Part shown: in pieces, positions 27,532 through 37,354 of the stretch
How the letters are laid out: each line of letters starts with the position of its first letter
Position numbering within the stretch: position 1 is the stretch's first letter
Origin: an uncultured Candidatus Saccharibacteria bacterium
GTDB lineage: Bacteria; Patescibacteriota; Minisyncoccia; Phycocordibacterales; UBA9973
Assembly (NCBI GenBank): GCA_964473175.1
Contig: CAYYNN010000001.1
Location: forward strand, 100,603 to 164,602
Reading direction: 5' to 3'
DNA length: 64,000 bases
Program-made: the position numbers and the translations under genes
Notes under the pieces: model-generated
Database searches by the model: none
Told to the model about the DNA's origin: nothing
What the model saw: only the letters and a program-made list of their open reading frames with translations

Positions 27532-27835
27532 ACTCGTGCTAGCACGAGAAGCTTCAATTTAAAGGGTTTTTTACGTTGCCATTTTTAGCACCCTTTTGAG
27601 AATCGAACCTGGCTTAAGCCGCTTTTTTCATTAGATACCGTGCGATAGAATTTCGAGAAAGTTCTTCTAATGAATTAGGATATCTTTCCGGCACATCGGC
27701 ATCAATAGTGCCTTCATCGGTATCTACGTTGTATTTTCTATACTTCAAGCTGCTTCTATGACGTCTGTTTAAATAGTATTTGTTTAAAATCCTTTATACT
27801 TTTGAATATTAAGTTCCACCTGTATACCCATTGGT

Positions 27836-28915
27836 TCACAGGTTTATCTTTTTTGTTTTCTTAAATTTTACATCTTGGACGACACGGTGGTAAACACTGT
27901 CGTAGTGGTTTAGCATTTTCTTTAGACTAAAAAATTGCTCCGCTCTATTTCGTACTTGCTTACGATCAATACTGCTGATGCGGCGTATTGCCTCAGTCAT
28001 TTCTTCTTGGTTTTCAACTAAAAATCCTGTTACTCCGTTTTTTACTATTTCTGGAACCGATCCATTAGGAAATGCTATGACTGGGGTGCCGCATGACATT
28101 GCTTCTATTAATACATACCCAAATGCTTCATTATAATACGTAGGAAAGACAACGGCTTTTGCCTTTTGAATCAGAGAAATTTTATCATGTAATGAAACTT
28201 CGCCCACATATCGCACATCTTTGCCATTGATATGCGGTTCAATTCTTTGATGCCAATAGTCCTCAGATCCATAACTTCGCCCAGCAATGCGAAGCATCAC
28301 CCCGGCATCTTTTGCGGCTGCAATAGCAACATGGGCACCTTTGTCATGAGTAATACGTCCTATAAATAACACATAGTCGTCAGGGTTCTCTTCGTATGCA
28401 AAAAGGTCTGTGTCGACACCGTGATATATATTGGCGTACCAGTTGAGCTCTGGCATTTGTTTGCGCTGCGCTAATGAAAACGAAATGTACTTTTCATCGC
28501 GATGCTTCAAAAGAATAGGCTTCATCCATTCTTCAATCGGTGAGTGAATAGAGATAAGCGTAGGAATTTCTTTTTCTAGACGAGAGAAAAATCCGGTCAT
28601 AACATTCATATGACTGTGTATGACATCGTATGAGCCCTTTTGAGCTTCGAGATAACAGTCTGATAGGAGTCCCCATTGTTCATATCGTGCCACAGTAGCC
28701 TTGTTTGCTTCATCATCGTGAAATACGCAGCTTTTTACAGCACCGCTCACTTTAGAGACTGGATCACCGTACAAAGTTACCTCGTTCTTCTTTGCAATAA
28801 AGCCATCGACGAGATGGCCGATATGCGAATAAATAGCCTTGTTCTGGTTGGCAGAGATAGGATGATTTACCGGAGCAATCTGTGCAATATGCAGTTTTTT
28901 GTGTCGAGTGGGCAT
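27836..28915 (-). CDS. glycosyltransferase, family 4 (GT-B fold)
   Basis: 359 aa; C-terminal GT1/GT4 signature …NEAFGYVLIEAMSCGTPVIAF…. Confidence 0.8.
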   Translation of the reverse strand: MPTRHKKLHIAQIAPVNHPISANQNKAIYSHIGHLVDGFIAKKNEVTLYGDPVSKVSGAVKSCVFHDDEANKATVARYEQWGLLSDCYLEAQKGSYDVIHSHMNVMTGFFSRLEKEIPTLISIHSPIEEWMKPILLKHRDEKYISFSLAQRKQMPELNWYANIYHGVDTDLFAYEENPDDYVLFIGRITHDKGAHVAIAAAKDAGVMLRIAGRSYGSEDYWHQRIEPHINGKDVRYVGEVSLHDKISLIQKAKAVVFPTYYNEAFGYVLIEAMSCGTPVIAFPNGSVPEIVKNGVTGFLVENQEEMTEAIRRISSIDRKQVRNRAEQFFSLKKMLNHYDSVYHRVVQDVKFKKTKKINL

Positions 28916-28916
28916 A

Positions 28917-30161
28917 TTATTTCATGTGTTTGAAAATCTGATAATAGAGTGGGAATACATTTTTAGGATTGTGGTCCTTGTGTATCTTTTGCTGAAGCTT
29001 TTGAAAACGAGGGATATAGATAGTTTTGTCTTGTATTAACTTCTCTATTGTTTCAACTATTTTCTGACCACTAGCAGTTGGTGGGATAATCATATCACTT
29101 AAACCAAAAGCGTGATAATCAGAAACCCATCCTACCTTGTTTGAAATGACTGCAGGAGTACCAGCAAGCAAGGATTCCATCAGTACTGTGGGCGAAACAT
29201 CAAAGTTCGACGGAATGACTGTGACGTCTTGTTTTTCAAAAAAATGGTGCAACTTGTCGGGCAGCATCTGTGGAACTACTGTGACGATCTTTTCATACCT
29301 GTCCCTAAAATTAGAGACTACATCTGCTCTCCATTTTGTGACAACTTCTAGTATGAGCGGTAGTTTTTTATTTTTTATAAAGGTAGCAAGTCTGAGGATT
29401 GCGCGGTGATTTTTGATACTATCCCAACGAGCAACCATACCGATATTGTATTCGAACTTACTTGCAAGATTCATAGGTACTATGTGCTTAATATCAATGG
29501 GTAACGGGACAATAGATATTTTTTTCTGTATATGAACATCTATAGGCGTCTTGTGAATATCGAAAAATACATCTCGACTGTATTCATTGAGAAATATCTG
29601 ATGCGCGGATTTTTTAATAATTTCTTTTTCAAATCCTATAAGTATTCTTCGCATCGATGGTGAAAAGTGCCGTTGCGACACTATGAGTTCTTTTTTTGCA
29701 ATACCTGCGTGCTGAATACACACAGGCACACCGCGACGATACGCTGTCTCAAGGATAAACCAACTTGAAATATTGAACCCGTTCAAAAATACAATATCAG
29801 GCTTTGCATGTTCAAATACAGTATCAACTTGCTCAAGCCATGGTTGTAGAAGTTTTAAAAAAGCTACTTTAGTAAAGCTTTTTATATAGTTTTCATGGAG
29901 CTTTTGTTTTGGAAAGACTACTTCATAAAAGTCATGTGAACTAGTAGTTTTTCTAATATATATGTCTTCTTTTTTTTCATTATCAGAAAATAGAATAGAT
30001 ACAAGTTCGATATCAGGAGTATTGTGCTCAAAAAAGGTAGTGAAGTTTTGCGCAAATCGTTCTGGACCACCCTGGGCAATAATGGCACTTCCAGGTAGAT
30101 TTACATGGTAGTCATTGCATAGTATTTTGAGTGTTTTCTTATGATGCATAGTAGATTTCAT
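28917..30161 (-). CDS. glycosyltransferase, family 4-like
   Basis: 414 aa; C-terminal motif …VIPSNFDVSPTVLMESLLAGTPAVIS… (E-x7-E-type GT-B signature). The stop lies 1 nt before the start of the downstream GT. Confidence 0.7.
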   Translation of the reverse strand: MKSTMHHKKTLKILCNDYHVNLPGSAIIAQGGPERFAQNFTTFFEHNTPDIELVSILFSDNEKKEDIYIRKTTSSHDFYEVVFPKQKLHENYIKSFTKVAFLKLLQPWLEQVDTVFEHAKPDIVFLNGFNISSWFILETAYRRGVPVCIQHAGIAKKELIVSQRHFSPSMRRILIGFEKEIIKKSAHQIFLNEYSRDVFFDIHKTPIDVHIQKKISIVPLPIDIKHIVPMNLASKFEYNIGMVARWDSIKNHRAILRLATFIKNKKLPLILEVVTKWRADVVSNFRDRYEKIVTVVPQMLPDKLHHFFEKQDVTVIPSNFDVSPTVLMESLLAGTPAVISNKVGWVSDYHAFGLSDMIIPPTASGQKIVETIEKLIQDKTIYIPRFQKLQQKIHKDHNPKNVFPLYYQIFKHMK

Positions 30162-30220
30162 TATACATATTTTTATAAAAATGTAAATACCTTATCCTAT
30201 ACAGCACATACCTACCTACC

Positions 30221-30817
30221 CTACCTCTCCCGTGGTCGCTGCTTGCGCACAATAATGAATACTCCAACACACAGGAGGATAAGTATTAGCAACGTGCGCC
30301 CAATAATAGAGCTCAGTGCCTGCCAGTTACTCCCAAAAATGTACCCAATCGTGCCGTAGACCCCTACCTGGAACACTTCACCGAGGATTTCGTAGAACAA
30401 AAATGTGCGGTATCGCACCTTGCCGAGCCCGGCTATGAGGTTGACGGCGAGGTTAGTGAACACTTCAAAACGACTAATAAATATAATAAATCCCGGGCGC
30501 CGTACAATACGTGCTTCAATCCTTTTGTAACGATCTGATGCGAGTACTTTGCGAAAACCGATCTTGTTCAAGATAGGTCTGCCATAGTATCGAGCCAACC
30601 AATACCCTGTATTGTCTCCTGCGATGTTGCCAAGTGTTGCAACCACAAGCACGAGCCATATATTGAAATACCCTTGATATGCAAATGCAGCGGAGGCCAT
30701 AATAAGTGTACCTGGAGGAATAGGTAGAAAAAATGCCGCAATAAATGTAATACCGAACAGTGCCCAGTATTTATACAGGAGGAGAAACGGCAGAATTGCT
30801 TGAATGACAGAGTTCAT
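30221..30817 (-). CDS. DedA/SNARE-associated family membrane protein
   Basis: 198 aa; multi-TM with the DedA motif …GDNTGYWLARYYGRP…. Confidence 0.75.
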   Translation of the reverse strand: MNSVIQAILPFLLLYKYWALFGITFIAAFFLPIPPGTLIMASAAFAYQGYFNIWLVLVVATLGNIAGDNTGYWLARYYGRPILNKIGFRKVLASDRYKRIEARIVRRPGFIIFISRFEVFTNLAVNLIAGLGKVRYRTFLFYEILGEVFQVGVYGTIGYIFGSNWQALSSIIGRTLLILILLCVGVFIIVRKQRPRER

Positions 30818-30822
30818 AAGTA

Positions 30823-31185
30823 TTATTCTCCGTACTCAGCGATACGTAGTGTGATGTTTTCAATCAACGCTTCCTGGTCTATGGATATTTCTTTTGCATA
30901 ACGTCTGATCTCAAGGTTGGGATAGCGTTCACTATCGATAGCAAGCGAGTCCCGTAGATACTCAGACGGCAGGTTAAACAATATGTTGATATAGTTAAAT
31001 GTCATCCATGGTTCGATGTGGCGCTCTGCTATGTCATGCGGCCGATGCGTGCGTGATACATAGAAGTCTTTGATCAATACCGATGATTCACCAATGATCA
31101 GTAGTACAAGTGCAAGTACGACCAGTGTACGGATGACCGCATCCTTCTTGATATACGCGTGTACTTTGTGTGGAATGTCAGTCAT
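30823..31185 (-). CDS. hypothetical single-TM protein
   Basis: 120 aa; one TM helix (LVVLALVLLIIGESSVLI). Overlaps the PCD gene by 4 nt. Confidence 0.4.
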   Translation of the reverse strand: MTDIPHKVHAYIKKDAVIRTLVVLALVLLIIGESSVLIKDFYVSRTHRPHDIAERHIEPWMTFNYINILFNLPSEYLRDSLAIDSERYPNLEIRRYAKEISIDQEALIENITLRIAEYGE

Positions 31186-31454
31186 ATTAGTTTGTCTATT
31201 TCAGTTGCGAGCTCTCGATCGCGATCAGTAACCATGTCACCCGCATCGTGAGTTGAAAGGGTCAGACGTACTTGGTCGTAGCTGTTCCAAATCTCAGGAT
31301 GATGGTGCATACCATCAGCGATGGCCGCGACTCGGTCGATGAAGTCTATCGCGTCCATAAAGGTCGCAAACCCGAACTCCCGCACGAGCTTGTTGTCCAC
31401 AGTTTTCCAAAATGACGGGATAGGCATAGGGGTAGTATAGCAAAAAAATGCCAC
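31182..31454 (-). CDS. pterin-4a-carbinolamine dehydratase (PCD/DCoH)
   Basis: 90 aa; …GFATFMDAIDFIDRVAAIADGMHHHPEIWNSYDQVRLTLSTHDAG… carries the conserved His triad context of PhhB/DCoH. Confidence 0.8.
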   Translation of the reverse strand: MAFFCYTTPMPIPSFWKTVDNKLVREFGFATFMDAIDFIDRVAAIADGMHHHPEIWNSYDQVRLTLSTHDAGDMVTDRDRELATEIDKLI

Positions 31455-31475
31455 TGAATTACAGTGGCATTAGTT

Positions 31476-31976
31476 TTACTTTTTTAGTGTAACGATTTTG
31501 TTGATAATCAACTCAGTAACAATTTGTCGTGCAATATCTTCTTTGGTACTTGTATCCACCGAAGGAGTGAACTGAAATAAATTGCGGCTATTTTCAAATA
31601 AACTTATTTGTTTTATAGCATCATGTATATCTTCAGTAAGCTCAGGCTCTAGTACACCTTTTGATATCAGTCTTTTTTCGATAGTACTTTTATTGGCATT
31701 AAGAAATATACTAAAAATAGTAAAGTCTGAATTTTCTACGAGATCTATGAGGTCAGACACGTATGGATTCATTATTAATATTTGTTTACTTTCTTGTGCT
31801 TTTAAAATATCTGAAATGAAAGACTGGACGTTTTCTTTGGAGGGATATTGTTTTAATGCAACAGATTTTGATGACATTATTGAATATGGCTCAAAGTATT
31901 TAAAGAGTTCTTTTGTTACTGAAGTCTTTCCTACGCCGTAGGGACTACAAATAGCTACTCCGTCATATTTCTTCAT
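31476..31976 (-). CDS. P-loop NTPase/kinase-like protein
   Basis: 166 aa; Walker A motif AICSPYGVGKTSVT near the N-terminus. No closer family assignment possible by eye. Confidence 0.5.
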   Translation of the reverse strand: MKKYDGVAICSPYGVGKTSVTKELFKYFEPYSIMSSKSVALKQYPSKENVQSFISDILKAQESKQILIMNPYVSDLIDLVENSDFTIFSIFLNANKSTIEKRLISKGVLEPELTEDIHDAIKQISLFENSRNLFQFTPSVDTSTKEDIARQIVTELIINKIVTLKK

Positions 31977-32039
31977 AGTTAATTTTTTACTACCTTACCA
32001 CACCTGTCCCCAAACGCAATCATTTGGTATAGTGTCGGG

Positions 32040-33224
32040 ATGAAAATTCTCGCTATAGAGACCAGCTGCGACGAGACCGGGATATCTATCCTGGAACATT
32101 CCCACGGAAGCATGGTGATGCTCCTCGGCAATGCATTGGCGTCGCAAATAGAACTTCATGCGCAATACGGTGGAGTATTCCCGAGCTTGGCAAAGCGCGC
32201 GCATGCAGAAAAAATAGTTCCACTACTCCAAGAAGCACTTGATGAAGCATTTCTCCTTGATGCGACAGATGCACCAGATACTTCTATCGCCGAGAGGCTT
32301 TCATTTTTGGATGAAAAAGAATCAACACTCAAAGAGCAGTTACTACCTTTCTTGACCTACTATGCAAAGCCTGACATCGACTATATCGCCGTCACTGTCG
32401 GCCCTGGCCTCGAACCAGCACTGTGGGTTGGAGTCAACGCCGCTCGAGCGCTCTCTGTCGCATGGAACATCCCGGTGATACCTATCAACCATATGGAAGG
32501 TCATGTCGTCACGGCAGCATTTACAGAAGTAGAAAAAAAAGAATTTACATTCATGGATCTCAGTTTTCCGGTACTTGCACTACTCGTGTCTGGAGGTCAT
32601 TCAGAGCTCGTACTCGCCGATTCATTTGGTACATACTCCAAACTGGGACAAACTCGTGACGACGCAGTCGGCGAAGCCTTTGACAAAGTTGCGCGCATGC
32701 TCGGTCTCCCATACCCTGGCGGCCCAGCCGTGTCAAAAATGGCGGCAGAATTTCGAAAACAAGATGTACTCAACATGTTTGTACTACCCCGTCCGATGCT
32801 TCATTCACCTGACTATGACTTCTCTTTTTCTGGTATAAAAACGGCAACACTCTATGCTATCAGAGACCTCACCGACAACAATACTCGCGAACTCACTGAT
32901 CAAGAAAAAATGGCGCTTGCAGCAGCATTTGAGGATGCAGTAGTAGAAGTATTAGTTAAAAAGACGACTGCTGCCGCAACTGAGTTCAACGCACAGACTA
33001 TCATCGTTGGTGGTGGTGTCGCTGGTAACACGTATCTCAAAGCTCAACTCAGCAAAGCTGTTGCCAAAAAGCTTCCTGATACAACACTCCTTTTCCCTGA
33101 ACAATGGCTTGCAACAGATAATGCAATCATGATCGGGTTGGCGGCAATGACGCAAGTAATGAGCGGACAAATAAAAACCGCCCCCAGTGATGAACTGAGA
33201 GCGGATGGGAATTTGAGTTTGTAA
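32040..33224 (+). CDS. tsaD: tRNA N6-adenosine threonylcarbamoyltransferase TsaD (Kae1/YgjD)
   Basis: 394 aa; MKILAIETSCDETGISILE N-terminus, the HMEGH metal site, and the …VSGGHSEL… and GGVAGN motifs. Confidence 0.9.
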   Translation: MKILAIETSCDETGISILEHSHGSMVMLLGNALASQIELHAQYGGVFPSLAKRAHAEKIVPLLQEALDEAFLLDATDAPDTSIAERLSFLDEKESTLKEQLLPFLTYYAKPDIDYIAVTVGPGLEPALWVGVNAARALSVAWNIPVIPINHMEGHVVTAAFTEVEKKEFTFMDLSFPVLALLVSGGHSELVLADSFGTYSKLGQTRDDAVGEAFDKVARMLGLPYPGGPAVSKMAAEFRKQDVLNMFVLPRPMLHSPDYDFSFSGIKTATLYAIRDLTDNNTRELTDQEKMALAAAFEDAVVEVLVKKTTAAATEFNAQTIIVGGGVAGNTYLKAQLSKAVAKKLPDTTLLFPEQWLATDNAIMIGLAAMTQVMSGQIKTAPSDELRADGNLSL

Positions 33225-33469
33225 AATTAATCCCTTATATAGCAATCAATATTTACTTTAAAGTTTTTACTACTAGAAATACCTCTAAGTTTTTGATTGA
33301 TTTTAAATACTCTGTGATGCTTTTTTTGTTTTAGTGCTTGTTTCAAAAAAATCTCTCTTTGTTTTCTTGAACCTTTTTTTATCTTTGACATAATCATTTT
33401 TTTCATAATGTATACTATTTTTATATTTTGTCAATCCCTCTCCCCAAAACGCCTTAAAATTGCTATCAT

Positions 33470-35611
33470 TTGTCCATGGAAACCTCCTCTATTCCCTCTT
33501 TGCCTGAGAAACTTCTCAAACCATACAATCCAGTCGACGAAGAATCTCGTTTATATAAAAAATGGGAAGACTCTGGATACTTCACTCCCGAGAACATGAT
33601 CAAGGATGGTCTGACCGCTGCTGATGCAAAACCATTCACCATCATACTCCCTCCACCCAACGTCACCGGACAACTGCACATGGGTCACGCAATGATGCTC
33701 ACCATCCAAGACATACTCATCCGCTACAAACGCATGCAAGGGTTCCGTACACTCTGGCTTCCTGGCACCGACCACGCAGCTATTGCAACACAGTCCAAAG
33801 TAGAAAAAGAAATACAGAAAGCTGAGGGCAAATCTCGTCACGACCTTGGACGTGAAGAAATGCTTAAGCGCATCGAAAGCTTTGCGCAAGACTCGCACGA
33901 TACGATCGTCAACCAAATGAAAGTTATGGGTGCAAGTTGCGACTGGACACGCGAAGCATTCACACTCGATGAAAAGCGAACGCTTGCAGTTCGTACCGTG
34001 TTCAAGTCTATGTATGACGATGGACTGATCTATCGCGGACACCGCATCATCAACTGGGATCCCAAAGGTCAGACAACGATCAGTGATGACGAGATCGTAC
34101 ACGAAGCGCGCAAAGCAACGATGTATACGTTCAAGTATTCCAAAGACTTCCCTATTGCGATCTCTACCACTCGTCCTGAGACCAAAGTTGGTGACGTAGC
34201 AGTTGCAGTTCATCCTGATGATGCGCGATACACACAGTACGTAGGAAAAGAATACGATGTAGTATTTTGCGGTGTACCAATCCATATCAAAGTGATCGCT
34301 GACAAAGAAGTAGACCCTGCGTTTGGAACTGGTGCACTTGGGGTTACGCCAGCACACTCTATGACTGACTGGGAAATTGCGGACAGACATGATTTGCCTC
34401 GCCCACAAGTGATCAATGAATACGCCAAGATGACTGTTGGCGCCGAGCGTCTCATGGGCAAGAAAGTATCAGAGGCACGCGAAACCATCGTGTCCTGGCT
34501 TCGCGACGAAGTACTCTTAGAAAAAGAAGAAGTGATCGACCAAAACGTTGCGACTGCAGAACGCACAGGCGGCATCATCGAGCCATTGCCCAAGCTTCAG
34601 TGGTTTATCGATGTGAACAAACCAATCCCCGCACGTGGCAACAAATCTCTCAAAGACCTCACGCGAGAACCAGTTGCAGACGGGCGCATCGGCATCATTC
34701 CCGAATACTTCGACAAGACATATTTCCACTGGATCGACAACCTCCGCGACTGGTGTATTTCTCGGCAGATTTGGTACGGACATCGCATCCCGGTCTGGTA
34801 CAAAGGAGATGAAATTTATACTGGCGTAGAAGCACCTGTTGGAAATGATTGGGAACAAGATGCTGACACGCTTGATACATGGTTCTCGTCTGCTATGTGG
34901 ACATTCTCAACATTGGGATGGCCTGAGCAAACTGCTGATTTAAAAACCTATCACCCAACAACAGTTCTAGAGACAGGTCCTGATATTTTATTCTTTTGGG
35001 TGGCACGTATGGTACTTATGACAGGCTACGTTTTAGACACTATTCCTTTTGAGAAAATATATTTGCACGGGCTCGTCCGGGACGCAAAGGGTCAGAAAAT
35101 GTCAAAGTCTCTCGGTAACGCCATGGACCCACTCGACATCGCCGCAAAATACGGCGCAGACGCTGGACGTATGGCATTGATATTCGGCACGGCTCCCGGC
35201 ACCGACTCCAAGATTTCTGAAGACAAGATCAAGGGCCAGAAACACTTTGCAAATAAAATATGGAATATCACACGGTTTGTACTTGGACAACAAAACACTG
35301 GTGAAATAAAACAAGAACTCAAACATGAGTTTGATGCTCTTGCACAATCCATCAGTACTGACCTTGATGCATTTCGACTCCACACCGCTGCAGAGACGCT
35401 CTACAACTACATTTGGACACGCTTTGCTGACGAGATACTTGAAGCTAGTAAAAAAGAAACTGGTTATGGCGCAACGCTTCACTATATTCTCGAAGGTTCA
35501 TTGAAACTCCTTCACCCATTCATGCCATTTGTTACCGAATCCATCTGGGAGCTTCTTCCGCAAAAAGATAGTACACTATTGATGACACAGCAATGGCCAA
35601 CCTCAGCATAA
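33470..35611 (+). CDS. valS: valine--tRNA ligase (short form)
   Basis: 713 aa; class I HIGH (PPPNVTGQLHMGHA) and KMSKS (KMSKSLGN) motifs; the editing domain is present but the long C-terminal coiled coil is absent. Confidence 0.9.
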   Translation: MSMETSSIPSLPEKLLKPYNPVDEESRLYKKWEDSGYFTPENMIKDGLTAADAKPFTIILPPPNVTGQLHMGHAMMLTIQDILIRYKRMQGFRTLWLPGTDHAAIATQSKVEKEIQKAEGKSRHDLGREEMLKRIESFAQDSHDTIVNQMKVMGASCDWTREAFTLDEKRTLAVRTVFKSMYDDGLIYRGHRIINWDPKGQTTISDDEIVHEARKATMYTFKYSKDFPIAISTTRPETKVGDVAVAVHPDDARYTQYVGKEYDVVFCGVPIHIKVIADKEVDPAFGTGALGVTPAHSMTDWEIADRHDLPRPQVINEYAKMTVGAERLMGKKVSEARETIVSWLRDEVLLEKEEVIDQNVATAERTGGIIEPLPKLQWFIDVNKPIPARGNKSLKDLTREPVADGRIGIIPEYFDKTYFHWIDNLRDWCISRQIWYGHRIPVWYKGDEIYTGVEAPVGNDWEQDADTLDTWFSSAMWTFSTLGWPEQTADLKTYHPTTVLETGPDILFFWVARMVLMTGYVLDTIPFEKIYLHGLVRDAKGQKMSKSLGNAMDPLDIAAKYGADAGRMALIFGTAPGTDSKISEDKIKGQKHFANKIWNITRFVLGQQNTGEIKQELKHEFDALAQSISTDLDAFRLHTAAETLYNYIWTRFADEILEASKKETGYGATLHYILEGSLKLLHPFMPFVTESIWELLPQKDSTLLMTQQWPTSA

Positions 35612-36285
35612 GTCCGACTACGATGGCAGTGCTCATCGGAATACTGCCATCACTTATATGGCTCATTTTTTGGCAACGACTCACTCGCGACCGCAAAGAA
35701 CCTGCGCTCATCATTATTATCTGTTTTCTTTTGGGAGGAGCGAGTGTTTTCCTTGCAACGTTCCTCCAAAATATCTTCAAAGATGCAGTCGCTGACCCAC
35801 AAACACGTATTGTAGTATGGGCAGGCATTGAGGAAGCACTGAAGTTTGGGGTGTTTTATATTGTTGCGTGGAAAAGCTCCTATGATAAAGAAGCGCTTGA
35901 TCCTGCGATGTATCTCATTGCTGTTGCTTTAGGCTTTGCTGCGCTTGAGAATATCTTTTATGTATTAGAACCTGCAGCAAGTTTTAATATCACCGCAAGT
36001 TTACTTACCGGAGGACTTCGGTTTTTTGGTTCAACACTACTTCACACAATTGCATCGTGTTTTGTCGGTATTACTATCACACTTTCCCCGAAAATCATCC
36101 GCGGATTTGGTATGATACTGGGACTTCTAGGTGCAATCTTCTTGCATAGTACGTTTAACTTTTTTATACTTAAGAACGACACTGCAAGCTTCCTTCAAAT
36201 TTATGGATACTTGTGGATCGTTGCCATTATTAGTCACGTCATTCTCGAGAAATTCCGCCGATACCCTCCGAGAGCATTGGCATAA
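35593..36285 (+). CDS. PrsW-family intramembrane metalloprotease
   Basis: 230 aa; motifs EEALKFGV (EExxK), FAALENIFY (FxxxE) and HTIASCF (HxxxxxxG-like) across about 6 TM helices. Overlaps the end of valS by 19 nt; an alternative ATG is at 35623. Confidence 0.65.
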   Translation: MANLSISPTTMAVLIGILPSLIWLIFWQRLTRDRKEPALIIIICFLLGGASVFLATFLQNIFKDAVADPQTRIVVWAGIEEALKFGVFYIVAWKSSYDKEALDPAMYLIAVALGFAALENIFYVLEPAASFNITASLLTGGLRFFGSTLLHTIASCFVGITITLSPKIIRGFGMILGLLGAIFLHSTFNFFILKNDTASFLQIYGYLWIVAIISHVILEKFRRYPPRALA

Positions 36286-36303
36286 CATCCCCATTACCAC
36301 ACT

Positions 36304-36804
36304 ATGAAAAAGCCATCATTTTTTGAACGACTCGCCGGCAACCTTCGTTTCGACGACACTGACGAGATAGAAGTAACAGTAGAGTCTAAAAAAGAGACCC
36401 CTCATACTGAAAAACGCGAACTTCATATTCATGAAGAATTTCCTAATACCAAAAAACATGCGTCCACCGAAGAAGTTGGCGAGCTTCCCGTTGATGTATA
36501 CGAAACAACAAACGAAATCATTATTCAAACACTCATCGCTGGAGTACTTCCTGATAACCTCACTATTGATATCACCCGAGACGTCGTTTCAATACGAGGG
36601 AAACGAGAGGAAAGCAAAGGTGTGCCAAATGAGTCATATCACGTACGCGAACTCTACTGGGGCGCATTTGAACGCATTGTAGACCTACCTGAAGAGGTGG
36701 AAATCGACAACGCCGAAGCCATCGAACGCCACGGCATGCTCATCATCAAAATGCCAAAAGTTGATAAGCGACGCCGAAGTGTTCTCAAGATCAAATCGAT
36801 ATAA
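36304..36804 (+). CDS. small heat shock protein (Hsp20/alpha-crystallin family)
   Basis: 166 aa; alpha-crystallin domain (…ELPVDVYETTNEIIIQTLIAGVLPDNLTIDITRDVVSIRGKRE…) and a C-terminal I-x-I-like tail (LKIKSI). Confidence 0.85.
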   Translation: MKKPSFFERLAGNLRFDDTDEIEVTVESKKETPHTEKRELHIHEEFPNTKKHASTEEVGELPVDVYETTNEIIIQTLIAGVLPDNLTIDITRDVVSIRGKREESKGVPNESYHVRELYWGAFERIVDLPEEVEIDNAEAIERHGMLIIKMPKVDKRRRSVLKIKSI

Positions 36805-36805
36805 C

Positions 36806-36834
36806 AAAAACCCCCGATCGGGGGTTTTTGTTAT
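36806..36834 (+). terminator. rho-independent terminator (bidirectional): aaaaa-cccccgatcggggg-ttttt
   Basis: A perfect 5-bp G/C stem with a 4-nt loop, flanked by an A-run and a T-run, sits between the hsp20 stop and the tRNA-Phe 3' end. Confidence 0.65.
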
Positions 36835-36837
36835 TTG

Positions 36838-36910
36838 TGCTCAAGACCAGACTTGAACTGGTGACATCTCCCTCTTCAGGGGAGCGCTCTACCAACTGAG
36901 CTACTTGAGC
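36838..36910 (-). tRNA. tRNA-Phe (anticodon GAA)
   Basis: Manual fold of 73 nt: acceptor GCTCAAG/CTTGAGC, D-arm GCTC-AGTTGGTA-GAGC, anticodon stem CTCCC/GGGAG with loop CTGAAGA, variable loop ATGTC, T-arm ACCAG-TTCAAGT-CTGGT, discriminator A. Confidence 0.85.
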
Positions 36911-36966
36911 AATTTTTGCTTTATTTGGTACACATTTTATACACGAAAAACACCCAAAAAGCAACG

Positions 36967-37245
36967 TTACTCTGTGAGTGTTTTGATCAAATCCGAGTAA
37001 TCTGTCGTAGATGATGACGTACGTTCGTCAGCGCTGTTATTGAGACCATATGACGCACCAAGTTGTGAGATATATGGCTTAATGAGCGCGATTGATATGA
37101 ATCCTAGCGCAATGAGAACAATCCAGTACACAATCTTTGTCGCTTGCGCAAGCTTTTGGCCACGACGAAGTTTGCGTAACATCGCGTTGTTTTCTGTGAG
37201 GGTTTTTTCGATTGCACGAAGTCGTTGCTCGAGTTCTATGTCCAT
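36967..37245 (-). CDS. hypothetical small membrane protein
   Basis: 92 aa; an N-terminal coiled-coil-like segment followed by one TM helix (IVYWIVLIALGFISIALI). Confidence 0.35.
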   Translation of the reverse strand: MDIELEQRLRAIEKTLTENNAMLRKLRRGQKLAQATKIVYWIVLIALGFISIALIKPYISQLGASYGLNNSADERTSSSTTDYSDLIKTLTE

Positions 37246-37267
37246 AAAAATAGTATACCAAATACTG

Positions 37268-37339
37268 TGCCCTCAGCACGAATCGAACGCACATTAATCC
37301 CTTAGGACGGGATTGTTCTATCCATTAAACTATGAAGGC
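37268..37339 (-). tRNA. tRNA-Arg (anticodon CCT)
   Basis: Manual fold of 72 nt: acceptor GCCTTCA/TGAGGGC (one G:U pair), D-arm GTTT-AATGGATA-GAAC, anticodon stem ATCCC/GGGAT with loop GTCCTAA, T-arm GTGCG-TTCGATT-CGTGC (two wobble pairs), discriminator A. Confidence 0.65.
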
Positions 37340-37354
37340 TCGATACATGGTAGC

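Noticed and set aside
27586-27640. Minus-strand tRNA-like T-loop sequence (gaatcgaacc on the + strand)
   Set aside because: No acceptor, D or anticodon stems can be formed around it. It is at best a tRNA fragment, mentioned in the islet finding and not called as a gene.
33551-34880. Multiple antisense or alternate-frame ORFs inside valS
   Set aside because: They are nested in a well-supported class I synthetase gene and have no motifs.
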